From Candidatus Latescibacterota bacterium (GTDB lineage Bacteria; Latescibacterota; UBA2968), in NCBI GenBank assembly GCA_038279365.1, contig JAYODI010000075.1, positions 1-24,926 of the forward strand: a DNA stretch of 24,926 nt, read 5' to 3'. The position numbers were made by a program, and so were the translations under genes. Within the stretch, counting starts at the first letter, position 1. Each line of letters opens with the position of its first letter. This document shows, in pieces, positions 8,698-18,306 of the stretch. The notes under the pieces were generated by a model, which worked only from the letters and a program-made list of their open reading frames with translations, was not told the DNA's origin and did not search any database.

Positions 8698-11097
8698 TTA
8701 TCGTGCCGCCAAAGGCAACACATCTTTGCTTCGTTGCACACCAGACGGTTCTACAAGCACACTCACATCGGAAGCACGATAATGTTGTTTGCCCAACACA
8801 AACACTGGCACATCCACAGCCAACCCCACACGTTTTTGATGATGAACAATCTCAAGCCTTGCTTTTTCATTGGCCACTAAGTTCGCACGAACACACCACC
8901 CGTCTATAAATATACCGCCATCATCTTGAATCACCTCTTGAAATGGCACGTTCTCTTTTCGATCACACACCTGAATAACGGTGAGAAAACGCATGTCCTT
9001 ACAAACACTTTTGGGCGAAACGGTCACATGCCATTGATCGGGGAAGAATTCCATATTTTTGCCCAAAAAAACTTTATTGCCGCCCCAATTATGTGCAGGA
9101 GGATCAAATACGGTGTTGATGTCAATATCCAATTTTTGAGACCCAAAAAGGTGAACTTGACCACGTGCCGTTTGGGTCTGAATGCGCAAACGTTGCTCAC
9201 GCACATTTGCCGTAATCTTTCGTTCACCATGAACAAGCCACTGATAATTGGCTTCGTGATCGGCTTCCAAATCGTCATAAATCACAATAATGTTGGGGCG
9301 CAACAGCACCACATGACGGCGAAAACGCAAAAGCCCCAAACCACCATAAGCCTGAGAGGCATCACCCAACGCATAGGCAATATGTTTGCCATTTAAAAAA
9401 CGAGGCACCAACCCATAACTTTCTGAACCACGCGGTTGTCCTTTGCCATCAATCAACACCGCATTGTGCCCACGTGTGGCCCGATACCAATTTTTTGAAT
9501 GATCATCACCTGCCGACGTATAATATCCCGAGTTTCTAAAAAGCGACTCCCCACCATAAAAAATATTGAATGCATTTTGGCAATCATGTGAGTGAAGCAA
9601 AGAACCATAGGGGCTTGATCGCATACCCACCATCAAATTTTGAGACGTATTGGCAAGGTCGGTGTGCAAAGACACAATGCCCACATCGGGAAAACATTTG
9701 GCCTGTGGCAATGCCCGAGGTGCACGTATCCGTGGGCGTCTGTTTGGATTTGTAATGCGGTGCCAAATCAGCAAGGGATCACCATCGGCACCGACCTTCT
9801 CCTGCCACTGTTGCACATACCACGCAGCCTCTGCATGATCAAACCGACGCGCCATATCTTCAGCAAATGCCAAATGTGTGGTATTGGGTTGTGCTTTCAA
9901 CTCTGTGCCATCACCAAACCCATCCGAACGAGAATGAGGCGGCCACGTATAAAGCAAAAAATCGGCACTGTTTTTGTACCAAGGGTTGTTAAAAAAATCC
10001 ACTCCCGTCAACTTGCCCATGCGCGAAGGCAAAACCAACAAGGTCTCAATATTGGTGCCAAAATAAGAATTGCCATTTGCCCATCCCCCATCATTTCCTC
10101 CCATTAGAGGAAAACGCGCAATCCACAGTTCATACACAAACCGCATCCATTTTTTCGCATCGGGGTGTTCGTGCAAAAGTGCAATGGCCGCTTCCGAAAA
10201 CTCAATCAATAAGTGTTGCCAAAAATGACTGCGAAAAACCAACGTTTCAATCTTATTGGTTTCTTCCCAAAAAATACGATCTGCACGTGCAACGATTGCA
10301 CCACGAATACTTTTTCGTTCCGTTTCACTCAACCGATCATAAAAGGTATCATAAACCCCCGCCAAAAGACGCATACAAGACCCATCGGCAAAATCGCTGA
10401 TCACTGGGTTGGTATACCCATTGGGGTCCCACTGGGCAACATGAAGCCCACGGCGAATGGCTTCTTTTGCATACCGTTCATCACCCGAAAGCAAATAAGC
10501 CGGAATAAGCCATTGTACGGCCATGGTCATATTGCCTGCCAAAGCTTTGCTTCCCCACCTGTGAAATTTAAAAACTTGATACGCATCATCACCTTTGTCG
10601 GGCGGCATAGAGTCATCGGGCAATGGGGCATCCAAATACGCATCGGCCTTCATCGTAAATTGATTTTTATAACGCTTCAACTTCCCAAGTTTCGCCATAT
10701 CATCGGGCAACACCCACAACCGAGGGTGCGCCTGAGGGCATGCCCGTATCACATCGCTCGCCAAAGGCGTTTCTGCATGTCGCGCCGATCGGGTTATTTC
10801 AAATGTATAAATATCCGACCATTGGTAAGCCCCCCCACGCTTTGACGTAGCATATTGCCAATGCCACGTGCCCACTGCCAGTTTCCGATGGGGGTTAAAC
10901 ATCGCCCAAGGCAATCCTTCCTCAACAATGGTTGACCGTTTTGTAAACCGACGATCTTGCGACAAGCGAACAGCATACCGAATGTTTTTACCTTTTGCCG
11001 CAGGCCAAAGCAACGGTGGCGGATTGCGATCCACGCATTTGTTTTCCATAGGAAAAGGACTCACACGTGGTTGGGCATGAATGACTTTGGGGAGCAT
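8698..11097 (-). CDS. DUF4962 + heparinase II/III-like domain protein (PL15-like exo-oligosaccharide lyase)
   Basis: N-terminal NPPPLLWP/WHWQY module, HPRLW, SHFWQH, GGWANGNSYF, PYGSLLHSHDCQNAF, HNAVLIDGKGQ, FRRHVVLL..IVIYDDL. Confidence 0.82.
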   Translation of the reverse strand: MLPKVIHAQPRVSPFPMENKCVDRNPPPLLWPAAKGKNIRYAVRLSQDRRFTKRSTIVEEGLPWAMFNPHRKLAVGTWHWQYATSKRGGAYQWSDIYTFEITRSARHAETPLASDVIRACPQAHPRLWVLPDDMAKLGKLKRYKNQFTMKADAYLDAPLPDDSMPPDKGDDAYQVFKFHRWGSKALAGNMTMAVQWLIPAYLLSGDERYAKEAIRRGLHVAQWDPNGYTNPVISDFADGSCMRLLAGVYDTFYDRLSETERKSIRGAIVARADRIFWEETNKIETLVFRSHFWQHLLIEFSEAAIALLHEHPDAKKWMRFVYELWIARFPLMGGNDGGWANGNSYFGTNIETLLVLPSRMGKLTGVDFFNNPWYKNSADFLLYTWPPHSRSDGFGDGTELKAQPNTTHLAFAEDMARRFDHAEAAWYVQQWQEKVGADGDPLLIWHRITNPNRRPRIRAPRALPQAKCFPDVGIVSLHTDLANTSQNLMVGMRSSPYGSLLHSHDCQNAFNIFYGGESLFRNSGYYTSAGDDHSKNWYRATRGHNAVLIDGKGQPRGSESYGLVPRFLNGKHIAYALGDASQAYGGLGLLRFRRHVVLLRPNIIVIYDDLEADHEANYQWLVHGERKITANVREQRLRIQTQTARGQVHLFGSQKLDIDINTVFDPPAHNWGGNKVFLGKNMEFFPDQWHVTVSPKSVCKDMRFLTVIQVCDRKENVPFQEVIQDDGGIFIDGWCVRANLVANEKARLEIVHHQKRVGLAVDVPVFVLGKQHYRASDVSVLVEPSGVQRSKDVLPLAAR

Positions 11098-11299
11098 AAA
11101 AATGGCCTTTGTTTGAAAGTGAGTGTTTTGGAGCCAAACTTAAAATACAGTGGCGCCCATTTTTAAAAAGGGAAATCCCGCCTGCCCCCAATCTAACCTG
11201 CTTTACATCCCCTTCAAATCTTCCCATATTCACAAACAGATACATCGGCCAGGCATCCCCAAACCATTACCATACCCAACATCTTCAAAAGAGGCATCC

Positions 11300-12382
11300 A
11301 TGTTTGTTACACCCGATCTGCTCACTTTTCAAAACGGTTCACCCGTTACAACCGACACATGGCCACATCGCCGAACAGAACTTGCCAACCTGCTCATCCC
11401 ACACCACTTTGGTGGCATGCCACCTGCTCACAAATGCGTTGATACCATCCAACGCGCCAACAGCCAAATTCGCCATTGGCCCGGGGTACAATATACCACC
11501 TATGAAGTCCGCACCCAATTTTCACAAGGTCGCGAACTCTCATTGACCCTATCCCTTTGGATTCCTCCAGGTGATGGCCCCTTTCCCGTTTTGCTCGACG
11601 CCGATGGGTGTTGGCGCTATTTCAACGACAACGTCATTCAAAATATTCTCGCCCGTGGCAACATCGCCGCAAGCATAGATCGCACAGAAGCCGCCGCCGA
11701 CAACAAAGATGCCTACCGCAATACCGGGCTTTATCGCCTCTTTCCAGATGCCGAGTTTGGTGTTTGCCCAGCTTGGGCCTGGGCCATTCATCGCAGTATT
11801 GATGCGCTAATGACCCTTCCCAAAGTAAAATCGGACAGCATCGCCATTACGGGGCACTCACGCGGTGGCAAAACCGTTCTCTTGGCCGGTGCCACAGATG
11901 AACGCATCGCCATCACCAACCCCAACAATTCAGGCATTGGTGGCGCAGGGTTGCATCGCCTCAAAATGAAAGGCAGCGAAGTCATCAACAGTTTTTTTGG
12001 CTCGGGCAACATCTTCTGGTTTGGCAAATCATTTGCAGACCAACGCCATCAAGATGCCACCCTCCCCTACGACAATCATTTTTTACACGCCCTCGTCGCC
12101 CCCAGAGGGTTGCTCCTCACCGAAGCCTATGAAGACTTTGCCGCAAACCCAGCAGGCACATATGCGGCAGCACGCGCAACCCAAAAAGTTTACCAAATGC
12201 TCAACACCAACGATGCCATAGGCTGGGCCTACCGCGAAAGCGGGCACGCCCACATGCCCGAAGACTACACCGCCCTGCTCGACTTTATGGATATCCATTT
12301 GCACAAACACCCACCAAAGCGCAACTTTCAACGGGTGCTCTACCCTGACCTGCATGACCTTTTAGGTCTCCAAAATGCATAA
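11300..12382 (+). CDS. CE15 family (glucuronoyl esterase-like) alpha/beta hydrolase
   Basis: AWAWAIHRSID, nucleophile motif GHSRGGK, AGATDERI, NSGIGGA, LPYDNHFLHALVAPR, C-terminal GHAH. ATG 11300 follows a GAGG RBS; no signal peptide seen. Confidence 0.85.
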   Translation: MFVTPDLLTFQNGSPVTTDTWPHRRTELANLLIPHHFGGMPPAHKCVDTIQRANSQIRHWPGVQYTTYEVRTQFSQGRELSLTLSLWIPPGDGPFPVLLDADGCWRYFNDNVIQNILARGNIAASIDRTEAAADNKDAYRNTGLYRLFPDAEFGVCPAWAWAIHRSIDALMTLPKVKSDSIAITGHSRGGKTVLLAGATDERIAITNPNNSGIGGAGLHRLKMKGSEVINSFFGSGNIFWFGKSFADQRHQDATLPYDNHFLHALVAPRGLLLTEAYEDFAANPAGTYAAARATQKVYQMLNTNDAIGWAYRESGHAHMPEDYTALLDFMDIHLHKHPPKRNFQRVLYPDLHDLLGLQNA

Positions 12383-12517
12383 CGCACATACCTGCAACCC
12401 ACCGGTCATTGGAAAATGACACATGTATCCTTGTCATCCTTACCAATGCCCTTTATATCTTCTTAGGACGTCCGTAGTCTTTTGCAATTCAATGCTTCAT
12501 CCCACGGAATAGAGACG

Positions 12518-14494
12518 ATGGAAAAACGTGAACACATTGTAACAACCGATTCCACAACGGCAGCCGATCCAAGTCGGCGCATCACCTGGCGCACGCTATT
12601 TCTGGGCTTGGTGCTTGTCGTGGGCATCGACGTATTTATGATTTATACCGAATACGCCATCCATTCATCGGCCAACAATTACAGCCATTTTCCCATTTAC
12701 GTTTTTGTGGCATTTTGTCTGTTAACCCTGTTCTTTTTGCCGTGTATGCGCAAACTCACAGGGCGCACCATATTGTCACGATCTGAGTTGTCTCTTATTT
12801 TGATAATGGGCTTGGTAGCAGGTGCAGTACCCAGCAATGGCCTTGTGGGGTTCTTGGTGGTGGTTATTGCCACCCCTTTTTATTTTGCCACCCCCGAAAA
12901 TGGTTGGGCAGATATTCTACATGCTCACATACCCACCTTTATTGCGCCCAGAGATGCAGAAGCCATGCGCGGCTTTTTTGAAGGTCTCCCCCCAGGAGAT
13001 GCCATTCCTTGGAGCGTCTGGTTGACGCCTCTTTTTTGGTGGATATGTTTTGCTGTTGCCCTTTTTGCCCTTTGCGCATCCATCGCATCCATCTTCAACC
13101 GACAATGGGCACAACACGAACGCCTGCCCTATCCACTCATCAGTGTGGCAATGGATCTCACCGACAAGGAAAACACACCGTCATCACTGCCAAATATTTT
13201 GAAAAATCGAGGATTCTGGACTGGGTTTGGGCTGGCCGTGGGCATGTTGGGATGGAATATGATCGGATATTTTTCAACGGGTTTTCCGACCCTTCCGCTG
13301 GGGGGCCACACCTTTTCGATTGGCCGAGGGTTTCCAACCATTTTAACCAAAGTCAATCTGTTTGTGGTTGGCTTTGCTTATTTTGCCAACCTCGATGTGT
13401 TGCTCAGCATTTGGGTTTTTCGTTTGCTCTACATTTTGCAAATTGGCACATTCAACCGTTTGGGATATGGCACCGGTGGCAATGAAGATCAGTGGTCCTC
13501 TGGTTATGCCGGATGGCAGAGCTTTGGGGCACTAACAGCCATGGTGATTTGGGGGCTCTGGATTGCACGATACCATTTACGCGACGTCGTTCAAAAAGCC
13601 ATCGATTCGCGTTACGCCTTTGACGACAGCCAAGAGATGATGTCTTCTCGCACCGCACTCATTGTGATGGCGCTTAGCGCAACCTTTTGCATCGCGTGGT
13701 TGTACAAGGCTGGTATGGCCCTCTCTGTGGTGCTGGTCTATGGCGCAGCATCGGGCATTCTTTATCTCGGCATTGCGCGCATTGTTGCCGAATCTGGCCT
13801 GCTCTATGTGCGCGGCCCCATTTCGGCTCAGATCTTCAGCCTGTATCTCATCGGGTCGGGAACGTTTGGCCCTGCAACTGTTACCGCAATGGGGCTCACC
13901 TATACAACCGTTTCACAAGGGCGCGGGCTGTTTATGCCAGCGCTCACACAAATTGCCCGATTAAGAGATTTTGTAGCCAGCAACCGACGCCACGTGTTGG
14001 GGGCCATTGTGCTGGCTTTTGTTGTTGCACTTGTCACTTCGCTGGTGACCACTTTGTATTTAGGATATACCTATGGCACACAAAATTTCACCACTTGGCA
14101 TATTCGCGCAGGTGGGTTGTGGGTCTTCAACGATACAGCAGGCAAAATTCTTTCACCCTTTTATACCGACTGGAAACGACTCCGATTTTTCGGCCTGGGT
14201 GCCCTTATCATGAGTGGGCTGACCATATTGCGATACCGGTTGCCCTGGTGGCCCCTGCACCCCATCGGCTTTACGGTGAGTTGTACCTATTTTACCGAGA
14301 AAACTTTTGTGGCCGTTTTTATTGCTTGGATGTGCAAATTCCTAATTCTGCGCATTGGTGGCATTGCCCTCTATCGCAAATCCCAACCCTTTTTCTTGGG
14401 CCTCATTGTCGGCTATGCCATCAGCGTAGCCTTGTCGGCACTTGTAGATTTTATATGGTTCCCCGGACAAGGGCACTACATTCATTCCGTGTGA
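12518..14494 (+). CDS. DUF6785/DUF6784-type polytopic membrane protein (putative transporter)
   Basis: Many TM helices; family-like motifs YFATPENGW, QWAQHERLPYPL, RIVAESG, WWPLHPIG, PFFLGLIVG; ATG 12518 preferred over TTG 12482. Confidence 0.78.
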   Translation: MEKREHIVTTDSTTAADPSRRITWRTLFLGLVLVVGIDVFMIYTEYAIHSSANNYSHFPIYVFVAFCLLTLFFLPCMRKLTGRTILSRSELSLILIMGLVAGAVPSNGLVGFLVVVIATPFYFATPENGWADILHAHIPTFIAPRDAEAMRGFFEGLPPGDAIPWSVWLTPLFWWICFAVALFALCASIASIFNRQWAQHERLPYPLISVAMDLTDKENTPSSLPNILKNRGFWTGFGLAVGMLGWNMIGYFSTGFPTLPLGGHTFSIGRGFPTILTKVNLFVVGFAYFANLDVLLSIWVFRLLYILQIGTFNRLGYGTGGNEDQWSSGYAGWQSFGALTAMVIWGLWIARYHLRDVVQKAIDSRYAFDDSQEMMSSRTALIVMALSATFCIAWLYKAGMALSVVLVYGAASGILYLGIARIVAESGLLYVRGPISAQIFSLYLIGSGTFGPATVTAMGLTYTTVSQGRGLFMPALTQIARLRDFVASNRRHVLGAIVLAFVVALVTSLVTTLYLGYTYGTQNFTTWHIRAGGLWVFNDTAGKILSPFYTDWKRLRFFGLGALIMSGLTILRYRLPWWPLHPIGFTVSCTYFTEKTFVAVFIAWMCKFLILRIGGIALYRKSQPFFLGLIVGYAISVALSALVDFIWFPGQGHYIHSV

Positions 14495-14641
14495 TATATT
14501 GCTGCCAAACATAAATGTGGCCAGTGCCAAATGGGCTTTAGAACAGGACAAAATATGACGATCAGAAGAGAATTCCTTATATTAGCCAAAAGGCATATGC
14601 AAACACATCAGGCAGAATCACAACACAATAGAGGGTAGACA

Positions 14642-15223
14642 ATGGGAAACAACACAATGGAAACCAGACACTTGCCAATGACAGCGTTAAATGCTGGCCT
14701 GCCCCATATTCTTTTGTCTCCTGCCGATGGGGGCGTTTTGCAAATGATTGCACGTCGGCCTGCAATTGGTGAGCGAGAGGTGTTAGAAGAAGCCGAACTC
14801 AGCCTTGCAGAAGGGCTTTTAGGCGACAACTGGGGCACCCGAGGCGATCTCGTAATGCCCAAACGCACCGCCAACCCAAAAGCGCAACTCACATTGATGA
14901 ATGCGCGGGTTGCCAACCTGGTTGCCGGCACACAAGATCGCTGGCCATTGGCAGGTGATCAGCTTTATGTAGATTTAGACCTGAGCCTTGATAACCTACC
15001 AGCAGGAACACGCTTGTCTATCGGTTCTGCCGTCATTGAAGTCACCGACGAGCCACACACAGGCTGCAAAAAATTTGTGGAACGTTTTGGCCTGCCTGCG
15101 ATGGAATTTGTGAACAGCCCAAAAGGCAAGCAAAATTGCCTGCGTGGCATCAACACCCGCGTCGTTCAGGCAGGAAAGATTTCTGTCGGTGACCAGATCC
15201 AAAAGGTATCGTCCATCAAGTAG
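14642..15223 (+). CDS. MOSC domain-containing protein
   Basis: EGLLGDNW, AGDQLYVDLDLS..NLPAGTRL.IG, PHTGCKKF (conserved Cys), LRGIN..VV..G.I.VGD; GAGG RBS. Confidence 0.88.
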   Translation: MGNNTMETRHLPMTALNAGLPHILLSPADGGVLQMIARRPAIGEREVLEEAELSLAEGLLGDNWGTRGDLVMPKRTANPKAQLTLMNARVANLVAGTQDRWPLAGDQLYVDLDLSLDNLPAGTRLSIGSAVIEVTDEPHTGCKKFVERFGLPAMEFVNSPKGKQNCLRGINTRVVQAGKISVGDQIQKVSSIK

Positions 15224-15250
15224 TTGCGTAGCTATTTTCACCATTCAATT

Positions 15251-15290
15251 AAAAAGGGGTTACGCGTAAAAACACGTAACCCCTTTTTTT
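15251..15290. terminator. Bidirectional intrinsic terminator
   Basis: AAAAAGGGGTTACGcGT-AAAA-ACaCGTAACCCCTTTTTTT between the convergent MOSC and sulfatase genes; the single mismatch is a G:U pair in the minus-strand RNA. Confidence 0.85.
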
Positions 15291-15311
15291 AGGATTGAAA
15301 CCCAAAAACGC

Positions 15312-16763
15312 CTACACCTTTCCACAATTGGGTCCCACCACGGCAAATCGCATCGAGTGATAATGCGAATTCAGCAACGTTGTGTCTCCCGTTTCATGCA
15401 TCCGTCGCCAAACCCCCATCATCATTTGGCGCACCCGATCTGTATGCTCGGGTCGATCAATCAAATTGGTTGTTTCCAATGGATCATCTGCCAAGTGATA
15501 CAACTCGTCAAAGTCAAATCCATTGAACACAAATTTCCAGTCGTCTTCCCAATACACCCGTTGTGTCAACCGAAAGCGAGAACCAAAATACTCTGCATAC
15601 CCTTCGCGGTGATTTTCTGCCGCCGCTTGCGGATTGCGCAACAGATCGGCAAAAGACTTTGAATCCATCCCATCAAATGCTGCTTCTCCTGCAAGATCCA
15701 ATAGGGTCGGACACAAATCGTGAAAACCCACACGTGCATCTGTTATCACCCCTTGTGCCACACCCGGCCCAGCAACGACCATAGGAATACCATAAATTTC
15801 TTCAAACGCACCAAAATTGTGCGCCTCCAAACCATGTCCGCCCACATATCGCCCGTGATCCGATGTAAAAATCACCACCGTGTTGTCGCGTTGTCCCGTT
15901 GTTTCCAACACCCGCAACACCCGCCCCAATTGACTGTCTAACTCCGTAATACGCCCATAATAACACGCCAAAATGTTTCGCCACTCATCATCCGACACCT
16001 CTTTCCAAATCTGTTGATCACGACGGTATATATTGGGCCGGTCACTCAGATCGTCACGCAAGGTTTCTGGCAATTTCAGGTTGGGAATGTCGTATTGTTC
16101 ATAAGCCTCACGCCCTACAACCAACGACTCATTTGGCTCATAGTGACTCACACAACACACCCACGGTTTGTCATCAGGTGCTTCTGTTTCCAACCACGCA
16201 CACGCCTGAGATGCAGGCAATCCTATTTGTCGTTTTTCTGGCGGAATGTCTGTCACGGCATACTTAAGGGTATCGTTATACCCTTCTGGCCCGCGGTATT
16301 GTTGCACCGTTTCAGGGTCCAGCGTATCGTCTACAGCCAACCCCTTTTGCGATGCATTGGCATGGTCTTTAGCGCCTCGAATATCGTGCGTTTGCCACCC
16401 AAACCGTTCAAGTTCTCCGGTTCGCTCAATGTGCCATTTGCCAAAATAAGCTGTGGTATATCCCGCCCGTTGCAGACGCTGTGCCCAGTGCTCATGTTCT
16501 GTTCGCAAAACACACTGATCGGCATCCACACCATGTTCGACCTCAAGCACCCCATGATTGTGAGGCAACAGCCCCGTCATCAAGCTTGCCCGCGCAGGTG
16601 AACAGGTGGGCAAAGGCGTATAGGCACGTGTGATATGTACACCGCGCGCTTTTAACGCATCAACAGTCGGCGTTTTGCAATCATGCCCTGAAAATAAAGT
16701 TCGTGCCTGCATACCATCGGTAATGAACAACAGTATATTGGGTCGCGTTGAAGTCTTTTGCAT
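15312..16763 (-). CDS. Formylglycine-dependent sulfatase (S1, Cys-type)
   Basis: RPNILLFITD, signature CSPARASLMTG, GKWH, FTSDHG, ELYHLADDPLE; no signal peptide seen. Confidence 0.93.
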   Translation of the reverse strand: MQKTSTRPNILLFITDGMQARTLFSGHDCKTPTVDALKARGVHITRAYTPLPTCSPARASLMTGLLPHNHGVLEVEHGVDADQCVLRTEHEHWAQRLQRAGYTTAYFGKWHIERTGELERFGWQTHDIRGAKDHANASQKGLAVDDTLDPETVQQYRGPEGYNDTLKYAVTDIPPEKRQIGLPASQACAWLETEAPDDKPWVCCVSHYEPNESLVVGREAYEQYDIPNLKLPETLRDDLSDRPNIYRRDQQIWKEVSDDEWRNILACYYGRITELDSQLGRVLRVLETTGQRDNTVVIFTSDHGRYVGGHGLEAHNFGAFEEIYGIPMVVAGPGVAQGVITDARVGFHDLCPTLLDLAGEAAFDGMDSKSFADLLRNPQAAAENHREGYAEYFGSRFRLTQRVYWEDDWKFVFNGFDFDELYHLADDPLETTNLIDRPEHTDRVRQMMMGVWRRMHETGDTTLLNSHYHSMRFAVVGPNCGKV

Positions 16764-16925
16764 GTCATTTGCCTTTCGCTTCTTTTAAGACAGTACCCTG
16801 TCAATAGGTTAAAACCAAGATTTGCCAGAGAATAAGAAAAAGCAACAAAAAAAAGTGCCTTTTATTTTCGCCCAATCCCAATCCCCATGCAACACATCAA
16901 AAACCTGCCCCCATCACAAGAATGC

Positions 16926-16954
16926 TTGCGCTGTGACTTTGTGTTGGATATTAT
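16926..16954 (+). promoter_or_regulatory. Putative sigma70 promoter for the dehydratase genes
   Basis: TTGCGC(16926-31)-17 bp-TATTAT(16949-54); GAGGA RBS before ATG 17019. Confidence 0.5.
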
Positions 16955-17018
16955 GATGCATCGTATGAGAACAAATCAAATCTATTGATGGTCATCGCCA
17001 ACAGAGAGGAAAATATCC

Positions 17019-18239
17019 ATGGCCGAAACATTCCAGGTTTTGGGCGAAACAGAAAAAGGTCGCCAGAAAATTCGCGACATCAAAGTCATGATGCTTCAAG
17101 GATCGCGCAGCTACACACTCGTCAAAATCATTGCCGAAGACGGCATCTACGGCATTGGTGAAGCCTATGGCAGCCCAGGCATTGGCGTAAAAGAACAAAT
17201 TGAGGCCATCAAGCCTTCTCTCATCGGGCGAGACCCATTGGAAATCGACGTACTCTACACCTTGATGGGGCAAAACCCAAATCCAGGAACCGGCTGGGCC
17301 GGTGCCAGTCGCACAGATGGCTCGGCCCACGCCCTCATGAGAGCCGCCAGCGGCATTGAGATGGCACTTTGGGATTTGGCAGGCAAAATATTAGGTGTAT
17401 CTTCAACGGTGCTGTTGGGAGGCAAGTTTCGCAACAAAGTGCGGGTCTATGACCACGCACGCCCCAAAGACCTCCTCAACCGCGCTTCATGTGAAGAGTG
17501 GGCACAACAAGTCAAAGAAAACCCAGCGGGCATCACCTGTCACAAGTTTGGCTTTTCGCACACCACACCAGAAACCGACGCGGGGCGCGATCTGGCAAAC
17601 CGTGTGTTAACCGTTCGAGAGTTGCGGCAAATTGAAGAAGGTTTTGCCAACTGCCGCGAAGCCCTCGGCTGGGATCACGACATTATGGTTCATTGCCATT
17701 GGGAATACGATGTGCGAACCGCCATTCAAATTGCAGAGGCCGTTGCGCCCATCAAACCCGTGTGGCTTGAAGACCCGATGATTGTGAACCACTCCGAAAG
17801 CTGGAAACGACTCACCGCCAGCTCGCCCGTGCCCATCTGCACAGGTGAAAACCTGTGGCGTCGATCTGAATTTGCTGATTTCATTGTCCATCAGGGGTGT
17901 GACATTTTACATCCCGATTTACGCAACAGTGGCGGTTTTTTAGAAAATAAACGCATTGCAGACATGGCCGAAGTGTGGGGCCTGCCAATGGCCACACACA
18001 ACACAGGCAGTCAACTCAACACGTGGGCAACTTGCCAATGGGCAGGCTCGATTCGCGATTTCATTGCCTGTGAAACCGTCACAGGAAAAGGCGATTGGAT
18101 GGACGAACTGCTGATCCTCGATGGCCCCTACATCGAAAATGGATTTATCAAGATCACAGAAAAACCAGGCCTCGGCGTTGACCTCAACCCCGATGTGGCC
18201 CAAGCCCACTTGGCCAAAGGAGAGACCTGGTGGGGCTAA
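17019..18239 (+). CDS. Mandelate racemase/muconate-lactonizing (enolase superfamily) enzyme, probable acid-sugar dehydratase
   Basis: GIYGIGEA, SGIEMALWDLAGK, LLGGKFR.KVRVY, WLEDP, CTGEN, HPD...GG, ATHN, PGLGVD. Confidence 0.9.
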   Translation: MAETFQVLGETEKGRQKIRDIKVMMLQGSRSYTLVKIIAEDGIYGIGEAYGSPGIGVKEQIEAIKPSLIGRDPLEIDVLYTLMGQNPNPGTGWAGASRTDGSAHALMRAASGIEMALWDLAGKILGVSSTVLLGGKFRNKVRVYDHARPKDLLNRASCEEWAQQVKENPAGITCHKFGFSHTTPETDAGRDLANRVLTVRELRQIEEGFANCREALGWDHDIMVHCHWEYDVRTAIQIAEAVAPIKPVWLEDPMIVNHSESWKRLTASSPVPICTGENLWRRSEFADFIVHQGCDILHPDLRNSGGFLENKRIADMAEVWGLPMATHNTGSQLNTWATCQWAGSIRDFIACETVTGKGDWMDELLILDGPYIENGFIKITEKPGLGVDLNPDVAQAHLAKGETWWG

Positions 18240-18306
18240 TACAAGACATGATTATCCGTAAAACAACGCATAAAATTCCTCTGCCAAAATTATGGAGCTT
18301 TGTCTC

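Noticed and set aside
11150-11299. N-terminal extensions in the ORF track (11150, also 8741, 21111, 22665, 24034)
   Set aside because: Downstream starts fit family N-termini better and mostly have an RBS. The hydrophobic 21111 extension is probably intergenic T-rich sequence rather than a signal peptide.
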